63,464 nt of DNA, filler included, from Reticulomyxa filosa (GCA_000512085.1; 18 parts of 18 records of this genome joined end to end with filler, not necessarily neighbours in it); one strand, 5' to 3'; numbered from the whole stretch's first letter, positions 13,151-25,592 are shown. A program made the numbers and translations. Notes: a model not told the origin generated them from the sequence alone.

Positions 13151-13230
13151 CAAATAATACTACCAAGATATTATGTAGCATTGTAACTGCTATTTTCACT
13201 GACAACAAATGAGTCAACTTTTATAATAAT
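13151..13230 (+). repeat. Diverged direct repeat, copy 2 (copy 1 at 10281-10385)
   Basis: Shares an identical 18-nt core gtaactgctattttcact plus alignable flanks. Confidence 0.75.
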
Positions 13231-13494
13231 AAGCATTATTTTTAATTATATCTTTTTTTTATTATTGCACAAGAAAAAGTTTATGTAACGAAGTATGAAG
13301 AATGAAGAATGAAAAAAAAAAATGGCAAGTGTTGGAAAAGTAATAAAATAATTCGAAATGATTTTTGACAATATTTTTTAATTAAAAATTGTTTTGATTG
13401 CATTAGAAAGATTTGATTTTTCCCCTTTCTTCAAAAACTTATAATAAATTGAAGTTGCCCTTTTTAATAGATGTGGGCAAAATAAAATCATAGA

Positions 13495-14172
13495 TCATTT
13501 TAAAAGTTTCACATCAAATATATTTCCCTTTACAATGCTTTCTTTTTTGCTTTGTTCTTCATGAATATGTCTAGTTTTCAATCTTAAAATCTCAGAATCA
13601 ATAGCAGTGACATTAAATGCTTCTTGGGAAAGTGTTGACTCAATTTCTTTACCATCATTACTTGTGTAAGTCTTCTTATCATCTGGAATTGCTCGCACCT
13701 CAAAGACTACATCTGTACCACTTGTAATTACTTTTGATTCATCAAAAACTTGATCTCCTAATTTAGCATTATTAAGTTCGAATAAAACTTTACGATAACG
13801 TTCTCCTTCAGGAGCCTCAACCTATTTTTATATCAATAAATTATTTATGATTTGAGATTTGAATTATAAAAAATATTTTTATATAACTTCAATCGTTCCT
13901 TTCTTGGTTTCTCCATTGAAACTTGAAATCCATCCATTATATTTTTCTCCTTCTTTGAAGGAAAGCTCTGAAAGCTCTTTTTGAGGTTTTGCAAAATCAA
14001 ATCGTTTTGCCAAGTATCTACCATATGATCCTCGTGTATCGCAAAACGGACGTCCTCCAGCAGCAGTGACAATTCCAGCTCTGAAATTGTCATTATCTTC
14101 ACTCTTTTCTGAGTTTTCCGTGACAGTAAATTCAACACTGGTACCAGGTATCAATTTTCTGACATTCAATTT
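13495..14172 (-). CDS. Protein with degenerate cold-shock/OB-fold domains, 5'-truncated; intron 13822-13887
   Basis: LIPGTSVEFTV, KYNGWISSFNGETKKGTIE and ITSGTDVVFEV resemble CSD beta-strands (G.VKWFN..KGFGFI; L..G..VEF.V); the GT-AG intron joins the two ORF-track pieces in frame. Confidence 0.6.
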
Positions 14173-14873
14173 CTATAAAAAAAAAANNNNNNNNNNNNNN
14201 NNNNNNNNNNNNNNNNNNNNNNNNNNNNNNTTAATTAATTAANNNNNNNNNNNNNNNNNNNNNNNNNNNNNNNNNNNNNNNNNNNNAAAAAAAAAAGACT
14301 TCAGATAATGCAAATACATCCTCCCATTCTTCTAGTGGGGTCCGTATATTAGTCACTGACGCGGTCATCTTCGTAATCAATATACAAAAGGGATACAAAT
14401 TTTTTTAAAAAGAATTTAACACTTTGTCCTCTTTCCACCAAAAACTGAAATTATCATCTATTTCTTTGCGTTGAATCAGTTTTTTAATAACTATACCACG
14501 ATATATACTTTATCTAAATGATTTTTGAAACAAAACATTAAATATTAACATAAACTATTGATAGAAAATAATTTTTGATTTTAAATATCTTGAAAGTTTG
14601 CAACAAAATTAAACATTATTATATAACTAATTTATTTGTCAAAAATGTAAAAGTAAAAAATTTTTAAAAAAGAATTGTATTGAAAGAACTTCATATTTAT
14701 AAGATAATTTTTTTTGATATATTTGTCGTTGACTTTTGTTCACCTTAAAAAAAAAATTCATTTTTTATCATTGTAGATAGATGCAAGAAAGAGATCTAAG
14801 CTAAACTAAATGTATAAGAAAATTTAGAATAAAGAGAATTGAATGTTTTATGATTTGAGTTATTACAACTCTG

Positions 14874-14889
14874 GAGTCAGTTATGACTC
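14874..14889. repeat. Palindrome GAGTCA-gtta-TGACTC, related to the core of the repeats at 56010 and 59688
   Basis: caactctgGAGTCAgttaTGACTC versus caactttaGAGTCAattaTGACTC. Confidence 0.65.
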
Positions 14890-15345
14890 ATGTATCACTA
14901 CACCATAATCGATGTTGTAATATTAAGTTTATTATAAACTTGTTAGCACAACTAAATAAAAAATGGATCAACATGAGCAATTAAATGTTGTGTTGGGATA
15001 TACACCCACTTAACTGCTGTTGCGATTGTAAGTTTCATAAATGTCACTTCCTAGGATGACTCAAATTTCTTTAATTTAATTTTTTTTTTGACTTTTTAAT
15101 TTTTTAAAAATGTTCTAAATAAAAAAATAAAAAATTTTATTTGAAAAATGCCAAGCATTGAAATATTTTAATGATAATGACATCGAAAAAAAGTTTGAAA
15201 CTTGAACGTTAATAAAGAAAAAGGTCTTAATATTTTGTTCTGAAATCCTAATTTAATCAGCAGACTTTGAATAATAATTTCACAATCGACACCCAATGTA
15301 GTCGAAACATATTTTGACCTTCAATCGCGTCAAAAGAGTAACATA

Positions 15346-15630
15346 ATGACAAACCACAAAGATGAAGGAAGTACAAACAGTACATCGTACAAAAAAGAAG
15401 AATACAAACGATCAAAGAAAACAGGCAGCAAGAGCAAAAAAGGCAAGACAGCAACCACAATAACCAAAAAAGATAACAAACAAACATTGGACCAACAAAT
15501 AACAGCCAATATGACCATTACAACGACCACTGACACGTATGACAATGTTCAACAAACATTCACACCATCCACTACTAAACACTATCACGATGCAAAGCTC
15601 CAGGATTTTTACTATGTTAAAAAAACTGGT
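15346..15630 (+). CDS. First exon of a K/T-rich protein, possibly a CAMK-type kinase N-terminus
   Basis: ATG, low-complexity tract, then LQDFYYVKKT followed by a GTAAC donor; resembles the sequence just before kinase subdomain I, but no kinase motif is present in the contig. Confidence 0.35.
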
Positions 15631-16450
15631 AACGTTACGTTCTGAGCTTTTTATTTCTTTTTTTGGAATTATTTGAACATACATATACAATATGTTGCAA
15701 ANNNNNNNNNNNNNNNNNNNNNNNNNNNNNNNNNNNNNNNNNNNNTTAATTAATTAANNNNNNNNNNNNNNNNNNNNNNNNNNNNNNNNNNNNNNNNNNN
15801 NACGTTATAAAAAGTTATAATAATGAAATTTATGTTATTTTTATCTTGAAATTCGTGCAATTGTCTTTAGAAATATTTATAGTATCTTCATTTGTTTCTC
15901 TTTATCATATAAACAAACTAATTACATCATTGAAAGTATGAAGAAATTGCGCAATTAGGTAACGTTAAGTTTATGTGTTTTCATAATTATGTAGTTTGTT
16001 ACAATTTTATCCAAAAAAATACATAATTGAGAATTAAAAATAATTTTATTGGTTATAAATTTATCATTGGAAATAGTTATCATCCAGACAAGTATGTTAT
16101 TTTTGGATTAGCATGATTATAAATATCGAAATTAGTACTAAAAATGAGTTGAATTATATTAGATTTGTTACATTACAATATGAAAGATTTTTTGCAAATT
16201 AAAATTGGACGAAAATGGAAAAAAATTTTATTTTGATTATCTAGTCTATGTGCTTTATGCACTTTCTTCAACTTTCAAGCATCGTAATAGTGCTCGAACT
16301 TGATATGTTGTCTCATTTTATACGCTTTTAGAAATTCTTATTGTGACAAATGACAAACATATCGTATTGACTCATATTCCAAATCTAGTTTTTCCATTTT
16401 CGTAAAAAAAAGGCTATAATGAAGAAAATATACTTTAAAGAGTTTTACTT

Positions 16451-16796
16451 TTAAAAAAACATTTAAAAAATAATAATAAAACATTTAAAAACATTAAAAA
16501 AACATCTAAAAACATTAAAAAACATTAAAAAACATTTAAAAACATTAAAAATATAATAAAAAAACATTAAAAAACATTTAAAAAACATTAAAAAAACATT
16601 TAAAAACATTAAAAAAACATATAAAAACATTAAAAAACATTTTAAAAACATTAAAAAACATTTTAAAAACATTAAAAAAACATTTAAAAACATAAAAAAA
16701 ACATTAAAAAATAATATAAAAACATTAAAAAATAATTTAAAAACATTAAAAAAATAATAAAAAAACATTAAAAAATAATAAAATAAATTAAAAATT
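16451..16796 (+). repeat. G-free degenerate satellite, ~9-11-bp units (AAAAACATT / AAAAACATTT / AAAATAAT)
   Basis: More than 30 tandem variable units; no G on the + strand for ~350 nt. Confidence 0.9.
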
Positions 16797-17854
16797 GGGG
16801 GGAACACTGATTATCAATAATTGCAAAAGCAACTACTGAATACCAGTGAGAACCCTGGTCTGCGCTCACTTGTCGGAAACTCCGANNNNNNNNNNNNNNN
16901 NNNNNNNNNNNNNNNNNNNNNNNNNNNNNTTAATTAATTAANNNNNNNNNNNNNNNNNNNNNNNNNNNNNNNNNNNNNNNNNNNNATTGGTAATTAAGCT
17001 TTAATGTAACGCGAGTCTTATATTCCGTGCAAGCAAAAAAGTAGATATAAAAGACATCCGAAAAAGTGAAAAGAGACCTGGCAAAAAGTTGACATATATT
17101 GTGTTTCTGAAAGTGTACAGAGCAAAAAGAGAGGTTTCTTGCAGTCAACCTGCAGGGACCGTGTCTTTCCCCCAAAGTTTGAAACACCACACATTTCGGT
17201 TGAAAGCAACTTTTTTTTAATTTTAGGTAAGAACAGAGATGACTTTACTTTCTTTTTCCTCACCCTTTTTCCAAGTCGTTTGATATCATGAAAAAATTAT
17301 TGCACATAGCACACCTGCTTGCCTCGCTCATACAAAATTAAACTAAAAAGTATTATTTGAAAGATCAAAGTGGGATTTTTTCATCAATACAAACAGACAA
17401 TAACAAAACAGATCATTCCCCTGACGATCAGCTCAATATCTTTTTTGTTTGGCTGGTATATCATTGGTTGTGTCTTATTAATTTTAGTTCTAATCCTTAT
17501 CTTCTTATTTGCATATTTTATTTTGAGGTATTTATTGAGTCATTTTTATCTGTGTGTTCGTTTTGTGTGCGCCTTGTAATTGTTGCGACTGTTTGACACT
17601 CTGTCCCGAGCAGGGTTGCGTGTCCATCATAGCTTTTTTTCCTTTCACCAAATTGTTTTGCCCTGATTGTTGACATTTTTTTAATCAAAACTTTTTTTGT
17701 TTAAAGTTTTTTTGTTTGTTGTTTGTTGATTGGTTTGAATTTACCCTTTGATTTTTTTTTTTTAACTTAAAAATATTTTTATTTTGTATTTTTTTTAAAT
17801 AACATAACGACAAATAAGTCGGGAAAAAAAAAAAAGAAAACAAATACGCGAACA

Positions 17855-18462
17855 ATGTTTGTAAGCGAATTTGATGTAAAGAGGCAGAAAGAAGGGACCA
17901 AATGTGTGGAATCGCCAATGCAAATACTTGGTACCCGTAGTAACAATGGCAATAACAAAAATGGTGATGGCATTGCCAGACATGATAATGAGGATGGTAA
18001 TGGTGAAGATGAGAATGAAGATATCAATGAAAAGCTTCACGAGAATGACAATGACGGCGCTGACGACAATATGTTGACAGACACATCTGCATTGCAATCG
18101 AACTTGAGAGATACAACCATGCCGACCATGACAATGAATTGGCGCAGCAGTGCTGTTGACAACCCCATGTCTCTACCGATCAATAAGGAGGAAGACAATT
18201 GGAACCAATCAAATCGTTTGAATTGTCGAAAAGAGCATCCCGTCAACATGCACGCATCGCAATGTGGCATTGATGCAATGAAGAGTGAATCCTTTTGCAT
18301 GAAGACAAAGAAAATGGAGTGCAAGGATAGGAGTCTGCACCATCACAGTGAGGACTCGAATCTCAATCATACCATTGTCACTTTTATGAGCAATATTGAC
18401 AATCATGGTTATATAAGTGAAAGCAAGGGTAATTTTGACAATATTGCAAATACCAATAATAT
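17855..18462 (+). CDS. Hypothetical N/D-rich low-complexity protein, 3'-truncated
   Basis: Open frame of about 200 codons with higher GC than its flanks; no recognisable domain. Confidence 0.55.
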
Positions 18463-18562
18463 NNNNNNNNNNNNNNNNNNNNNNNNNNNNNNNNNNNNNN
18501 NNNNNNTTAATTAATTAANNNNNNNNNNNNNNNNNNNNNNNNNNNNNNNNNNNNNNNNNNNN

Positions 18563-20055
18563 TGAAAAAGACAAATTCATGTGGCTTGGGATTGTGTTTT
18601 ATTTGTCAACACAAGACCAAAAAATGCGAGGTGATGTCATCAAGAACTTTGCTTTATATGCACGTATGCTTGATCAACTGTGATCACCTTTGGCGGAGAA
18701 AAGCTTGCGCACAGGATTTCCTAGAAAAATCGGACCCATTTTTGGAAATTTACCTTGTGGACAGCAAATATATTTACAATTATTTTTTAATAAAATGTAT
18801 ACGTATATACATGTACCAAGAAAAATTTAAACTTTCTTTTTAATGATCTCCGTAACACACTGCCCAATCAATATTGTTGATGAAGCGTTTGTGCGTGTGT
18901 GTGTGTTTAAAAAAAAAAGAGTATGGGACAGTAACGACAAGTAAGAGTTGATCGTCAAAGTGAAAACGAAATTAAACTTCTTGCGCAATGACTTTAAAGG
19001 TGAGTTGGAGAACTCGCCAAAAAAGGCAAGAAGATTGGCGTTTTGAAAGTCACTGAATTCAATTCGACAGCGGCTCATTCGTTTTTGGTCTTTTTGGCAG
19101 GTGGGGTGGACATGTCGTTGATGGTTACCATTGGCTTCACGGGATCCAATGGCCACCCTTTGCATCATCAAAGTTTGCACTATTTGTCTCCTCAGGGCTC
19201 ACAATACCAACAAGCCATTCGCACCATTTGCAATATTGTGTCTTGTTATGATTCCGATCAAAATTTTCCTGTGTGGATTTGTTAAGTGGAAGAAAAAAAA
19301 AAGATCGTTTTTGGCCTCTCCTTGACCTCACTTTTTTTGTTTTTTTAAATTATATAGCGCAAAGATGCCAGACGGAAAAATATCACATGACTTTGCATTG
19401 AACTGCAACGAATTGAACTCGGAGATTCATGGCATTTATAGAATTGAACAAGCGTCTTTGGCGATCAAACATGTGGAGTTGTATGTGTCGACCCTTTACC
19501 AACCGATTTTGTTCAAGTCATCGACATCGCCCTCGCCTTTGCTGCTCATTCCAACGTCAAAAACAAAATTCAATATTTCACCTTATTAGTTTTGACGGAT
19601 GTTATCAATGATTTCAAAGAAACCGAGAATTGTTTAGTTGCATTTGTTTAAAAAAAAGCGATTAGAAATATCATATGTAAACTTTCTTTTTTTTTTTTTT
19701 AACTTGAGATTGTATTGGCGGCAAATAAGTGCTTGCCATTGTCGATCATTATCGTTGGAGTTGGACTGGCCGATTTTACCCAAATAGAAGCATTGAATGC
19801 TGACAGCGGAGCGGTGAAGAATTCGCAAGGCGAAGCTGCCAAACGTGACATTATCCAATTTGTATCGTTACGCGATTACTCGAAGCTTCTTAAAGACACC
19901 AATGGCTATGCCATCGGATTCATAGACACACAAGTTGCTGAACTTTCCAAAGAAACGTTAAAGGAAATTAACAACAATTTATGAGCTATATCAAAGCTAA
20001 TAACTTATCGCCACCCAAACCGACTGCTGCTGTTAACACATTGCCCACTATATAG
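18563..20055 (+). pseudogene. Copine (C2 + VWA) pseudogene
   Basis: KSDPFLEI, FTGSNG.P....SLHY, YDSDQNFPVW, ISHDFALN, LPLSIIIVGVG.ADF and RDIIQFV motifs; in-frame stop (VWDSNDK*), several frameshifts, IDFT changed to IGFT and TDG changed to TDV. Confidence 0.88.
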
Positions 20056-20179
20056 ATTTATATATTTGTGTAATCAAGCAAAAATATTGCAATACAAATA
20101 TCAGTCTTGTTTGACTTGGTTGGGGTTGCCGTTAGTGACTCGGACAAAACAAATTCGTTAGGAGACAAGCCGATCACAA

Positions 20180-20434
20180 CTACCTAGTTTTATCTTGGTG
20201 CCGAGCCACTCCCTCCAGGCTGGCACAAAGCCTATGACACAAATGGCACTCCTTGAATGGAGATCTGTCGTGATCTTTCATTATCGAATTGTACAAAGAC
20301 GCCATTTGTGGAATTTTTTCTACCAACGCGCAGCTCGCAGGAGTCTCTTCACCACTCGATATTATTTTTTGTGCTGTTTGCTCAAGATCTTTTTGATGGG
20401 GTTTTACAACACGATTTATTTTGGCGACATCCAA
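20180..20434 (-). CDS. Terminal exon or fragment with a CxxC...H zinc-finger-like motif
   Basis: ..SLYNSIM..KECHLCHRLCASLEGVARHQDK; loosely similar to the Pcf11-type finger; may be degraded. Confidence 0.3.
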   Translation of the reverse strand: MDVAKINRVVKPHQKDLEQTAQKIISSGEETPASCALVEKIPQMASLYNSIMKDHDRSPFKECHLCHRLCASLEGVARHQDKTR

Positions 20435-20650
20435 TTTCCAATCACTTATTTTCTAATGTCAACCTTTCTTTATATTTTTTTTTCAATATTTTCATTTTCT
20501 CGTGTCATACACATATACACTACATATACAAACAAACAAAAAATCAGTTTNNNNNNNNNNNNNNNNNNNNNNNNNNNNNNNNNNNNNNNNNNNNTTAATT
20601 AATTAANNNNNNNNNNNNNNNNNNNNNNNNNNNNNNNNNNNNNNNNNNNN

Positions 20651-20788
20651 AGGAATAATGACAACTAAAAAGGATAGAAACAAGTACAAAGAGATAAAAG
20701 TGAGTTGTGTTGATAAGAGGGTTTTAACCCACTGGGGTCCCACCGTTCCGTTAGTAGTTGGGGATTTATAATAGGGACTTTTCCTACA
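20651..20788 (-). mobile_element. Truncated LTR-like element related to 55550-55777
   Basis: Minus strand starts TGTAGGAAAAGTCCCTA-TTATAAA, matching TGTAGGGCAAGGCCCTA-acagTATAAAA; downstream aaaccc.ctt..caac.caact.act and the pyrimidine tract also align. Confidence 0.6.
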
Positions 20789-20789
20789 A

Positions 20790-21122
20790 TTTTTTCTTTT
20801 TAGCTCAGCATAGTCATATATTTAAGTTTTTTAATCATTTTTTTGAAAATGACTACACGTTGATCAATGTCGGAAAACATTTTTTAAAAAGTTGGCAAAT
20901 TTCATAGTTACGATATAGTCACTATTGTAAACTTTCTATCGAAAATTTTCAAAAATCAATAAAATATTCAGTAGAAATTTAATAAAAACTGAAATAATTT
21001 TTAAAAATTATACTAATTGTGAAGTTTTTTAACATAAAGTCTGAATGTTGTTTTAATGAAGAAAATAAATAATATATAATGTAACGTTTTATGTGTCAAT
21101 TTTATTTTGCATATACTGTATT
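20790..21122. repeat. AT-rich dispersed repeat shared with 56140-56464
   Basis: 20790-20958 matches 56140-56310 in reverse complement (aaaaagttggcaaatttcat / aaaaagttggtaaatttcat); ~20975-21122 matches ~56338-56464 directly (ctgaatgttgtttt...tcaatt.tattttgcat.atactgta). Confidence 0.75.
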
Positions 21123-21499
21123 ATTTAAAATGATTAAGTTAATTATAGTAATAACTAAACATAAGTTTTTTTCAATGTGTGGATCATAAATGTTAAAAAT
21201 CTTTATTTAATCAATTAAATCTGTCCAAATAGAAAATATCACATTAAATGTATATGATATTGTGATTTAAGTTTGTGCGGCAGTAAGATAATAGTATTTT
21301 GGCGTTATTTGTTGCATGTAGTTGCATATAGTCGCAAGTATGTAAATGTAAATATATTAATTTTCTTTTACACAAACTCTATTACATATATGTTTATATA
21401 ATATTTATTATATATATTTACACATTATATATTATATAATAAATAAAACATATATGTATATATACTTATATAAACATTTATATCGTTATACGTAAGTAA

Positions 21500-22644
21500 A
21501 AAATTAACTCCATGAACAATTGGTAATATTATTGATCAAGTGGTTCCATACACATTGCAAGATTGCTAACAGTTATGCAATCGCATCAAGTTGATATGTT
21601 GAGCTAACTTTTGTATTTTCCCCAGCAAATAAACAAAGTTAGTCAATCTTTTGCATTTTTTTTGTCAAAAAAAACAAAACATATTCTACATATGTAGATA
21701 AAAAAAACAAATACAAATTCAAAGAAGTGTGACCACGTAATGCTGTCAACAGTATCAATTTGATCTTCAGTGATAATCAATTGTTCAATTAGCTTTCGAC
21801 CACATATTGCTGCTTATATTACTGTACATTTTTTCCAACACAAATAGACAACAATGTCAATATCAACGTAAATTTTCAATTGCAGAATTTTTTAAAATTT
21901 TTTTTTGTGTTGCACATTGACAAAAAAAAAATACATCATATATTTCAGATTTGACGCAAGATAACAAACGTTGATATAGTCCACGCAGCAGTCAAAGCAT
22001 GGATCACCATCGGTGATCAAAAGCAACACATATTTCGCATAAGAGTTTCATTGCCTTTTGTAAATTGTGATCGCATCATCCAACGCTTGAACTGTTTTTT
22101 TTAAAGCTTGTGAATGATGAGTGTTGATTTGAACGTTGTAAATAGTTTTTTTAAACAAAAAAAAGGGAAGCACTAATTATACTTACAATTACTTGTATTG
22201 GTGTAACAGTCACCATAATAAATTCATGCAATAAGTTCGATCAGCTCTTGCGTGTAGTAATTTTCGGAATCGTCCAATGTCAAAAAGATATCTTTGCCGG
22301 TGGAAAACTTAATGATGCTAACTCTTACTCCTTTGGTTATCCACTCTGAACAAGATTTTCAACCTATGACAATGCCGTTTGAAAAGAACTCGAATCAATT
22401 GGACCACTTGAGTCAAATGAAAACACCAAGTCCATGTCACGTTTGACGCACAAGCTTTATTACACGTACATATTATGTATTATGTATACTTTTTGTGTCG
22501 TTGTTTGCGTAATTGTAACTGTGGACAAACCTAAGATTTAAATATCAACTGAACTGTTTCCCTTTTTTTTTACTCAACAGCAGTAAGTGCCAGACCACAA
22601 ACAACCACTTGCACTATAAAATTGGTCTTGCGAGAGAGATGCAT
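21500..22644 (-). pseudogene. Secreted von Willebrand factor A-domain protein pseudogene
   Basis: Signal-like first exon, then DMDLVFSFDSSGPI (MIDAS DxSxS altered), VRVSIIKFS, YTNTS and LLLITDGDP; multiple in-frame stops and frameshifts. Confidence 0.75.
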
Positions 22645-22966
22645 ACTGTTCAGTTATTCAAAAAAAAAAGGTCTTATATTCACTAGTTTTTTTACGTCTC
22701 GTATTTTTTAATGAGCATGTTGTCTCCAATTAACTTTTCCGTAATGTTAGCGTTTGATACGCATTGCTTATTCTGTACGATATTCGAGCAAGAAAACCTT
22801 AAGAAATGTTGTGATTAATCGTTGTTTTAAGTCTTTTTAAGTTGATGAATTATCTTATCTGATGCTTCCTTCGGCCAGAAGAGTATATTTTTTGTTCTTC
22901 CTAACCTCAACGTACAAAGTGAGAATTTCAGGGAGTTTTTTGGGCTCTTTTGAATATTAAGTGACC

Positions 22967-24222
22967 ATGTTGGCGTCAAGGTGTCAAAAAAAATCATTAA
23001 TCTTCAAAAATTTTTGTTTGGCCTTCAGATCAAGTGGGAGCGATATTTATACCCAATGTGCACAACGCATTATAGAAGCTGATGGGCTGTTCATCACAGC
23101 CGGCGCTGGAATGGGTGTAGATTCTGGGCTTCCTGATGTAATAGCCTCTCTATCTTTTAAAAAGTGCAAGGAAAACAACAGAGGAGGATCAAAAAACAAA
23201 CCTTTGTAGTTGTAACTAATCAATCTTGATTTTTTTTTGTGTGTGTGCAATAATTTTTTTTGGATTGTAAAACTAAGTTTCGAGGTCCACAAGGTTTTTG
23301 GAAGTATTATCCACCGATGGAAAAGTTAGGAGTGTCATTTGAAGAAATGGCAAACCCTCAATGGTTTCAAGACAATCCTAGCTTGGCGTGGGGTTTTTAT
23401 GGACACCGCTTGCACATGTATCAGCGAACAACACCTCATCAAGGTTTCCAACATTTAAAAGAAATGGGAAAGTCCTCACGCATGGCGCTTTCGTTTTCAC
23501 TAGGTAGATATATGTATATATATATATATGTACATATATACGTATACTTTTATATACACATATGTATATAAAAGTAATGTCGATGGTCAATTTCAGAAAG
23601 CAGGATTTGATGAAGATCAAATTTGCGAGTGCCATGGGAGCATTCATTACTTGCAATGCACCTTTGGCAAATGCGAATACGCGAATGAAATATTTCCCCC
23701 CTTTGGCATCCCAAGCGTGAAAGAAGTGGAGTCACATGGTCATTATAGTTTTGAAAAAGATTTGACCGTAGATGAGAAGACAATGACGGTGGAACCTAAA
23801 AAAACATTCCCAAGTGTATACTGCAATTGATCGGTAAGCCATGTCCATCGCAAGGACGTCATTGTTCTGCTTTCGATCCCAATATTTCTCGTCCCAATGT
23901 ACTAATGTTTGGAGATTGGGAGTGGAAGCCTGAGCGCTCTCTTCAGCAATATCAGCGTAAAGACGCTTGGTTGGGAAAATTGAAGCAATCCAAAGACTCC
24001 AAACTAGTGGTCATTGAAATTGGAGCCGGTACCTCTTTGCCAAGGGTTCGGAGTGAGAGTGAAGTGGCGGCACTACATAACAAGAAAAGTACTTTGATTC
24101 GGATCAATCCCACAGAGAGTCACATCTCCCAATCTGCCATTGCACATCGTTACTCCTTGACAACTGGAGGATTGGAGGGATTGCAAAATATATACTTGCG
24201 ATGGAAGGATTTGATTAAATAA
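22967..24222 (+). CDS. Sir2-family NAD-dependent deacylase, bacterial-like subtype; introns 23138-23277 and 23504-23574; apparent 1-nt frameshifts at ~23470 and ~23812
   Basis: AGAGMGVDSGLPD|FRGPQGFW, AWGFYGHRL, FTS|NVDGQF, ECHGSIHYLQC, RPNVLMFGDW, VIEIGAG, LIRINP. Confidence 0.92.
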
Positions 24223-24850
24223 ACTAAAAAAAATTTATTTTTTTTTATTGTTCATATTATTCGATACCATGACGAATTTTATTTTTTAAAGGGTCACTAA
24301 CTCCATTTCTTGTTTTTTTTGTTTGACCGGAAAAGTTACTTATTCTGATGTACTCTAACGCCGCAAAGTTCAGTGTTTATAAAAACCCTGCAAATTGCAA
24401 ATTGTGGTTTCAACTAATTTATTTGAATTTTTTTTTATGCCAACTATGTGCAAGTGACTGAGTTTGGTGATTCAAAATGCCAATTTTTCAGTGGAGAAAT
24501 CCGTTACAAACCAGAGTTGATTTCATAACCAGCTCAAACAAAAAGAGAAAAAAGAAAGTCTGACATAAACCCCGAGCCCCCCCTTTATATTGTTTTTCTC
24601 CCCAAGGTCCCAGAGAACAACAATGACGAAAGACACAACATCACAAATGTTTCTCCATCTCAAATTTATTTATTTTTAAATTTCTACCTTTTTTTTTTTT
24701 TTTCTTAGTATGTTACTTTTAGTCTTCAAAACAAAACAAAGCCAAAGTGCATGGCACAGCCAATCACTAAAAAAAACAGAAAACGCTGTCACAGACATAA
24801 ATATCTCAAAATACTTGTTTAAAAAAAGACAAGCAAACATTGTTTATTTT

Positions 24851-25592
24851 TTAATTGCCACAGCCACAGCCTCCATTCTTCGTATTTCCATTGTTTTTGT
24901 CAAAGTCCACTTTGCTGCTGCCAGTGTGGCCTCCCTTGTCTCCCTGTGCACAATTTCACAAAGCGCAATATGTCATTACATTAACAAAAAAAATTGAAAA
25001 ATATCACTGTTTAAAAAAATTCAATATGAAAAAGGAGGGAGAGAAACAAACAAACAAAAATTACCGAAAATGCTTTCTTTTCGACAACGTCGGTTGCAAT
25101 AGCAATGAAAGCTCCCTTCACATTTGCGTCTGTCTTTGCTGAGGTTTCGAAAAATTTGATGCCATATTCATCTGCCAATTCTTGTCCTCTATCTGTATCG
25201 ATGGTCTGTTTCATCCCCATCCCCCCCTCCACTAATTTATTCCAGCACATTTTAAAAAAAAAAAAAACTTTGTGGTTCCTTTTTTCAAAGAGGGGGAAAA
25301 AAAAAATTTTATTTTATTTAATTCAAAAAAAAAAAAAAAATTGATAGTTTGTATAGTGTGTGACCCCCCCCCCCTCCCTCTTCCTTGTGCTTGTGCACAC
25401 CAATCTTTGCTAACAAAAATGCGGACTAAACTTTGTCTTCGAGCATGTCACATTTGTTTCCAATCAATATTTTCTCCACAGAATCAGATGTGTGTTGTTC
25501 AATGTTTCGGATCCAGTTGCGGATGTTCAAAAACGATTGCTCATCCGTTACATCGTATACCAACAATATACCCATCGCTCCTCGATAATACG
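24851..25592 (-). CDS. Rab8/Sec4/RabE-like small GTPase, 5'-truncated, 3 exons visible
   Basis: [38 protein letters not shown]; [18 protein letters not shown]; C-terminal GGCGCGN* prenylation motif. Confidence 0.92.

Noticed and set aside
16463-16807. F/L/M-rich membrane-protein ORF, or a CRISPR-like array
   Set aside because: It is the translation of the satellite; units are ~10 bp with no unique spacers.
16830-16885. Hammerhead ribozyme (CTGAATA...GAAAC)
   Set aside because: The core is CUGAAUA rather than CUGANGA, and stem II does not abut GAAA.
18563-22644. Stop-codon reassignment explaining in-frame stops
   Set aside because: TAA, TAG and TGA all terminate intact genes here, and the broken genes also carry frameshifts, deletions and lost motifs.
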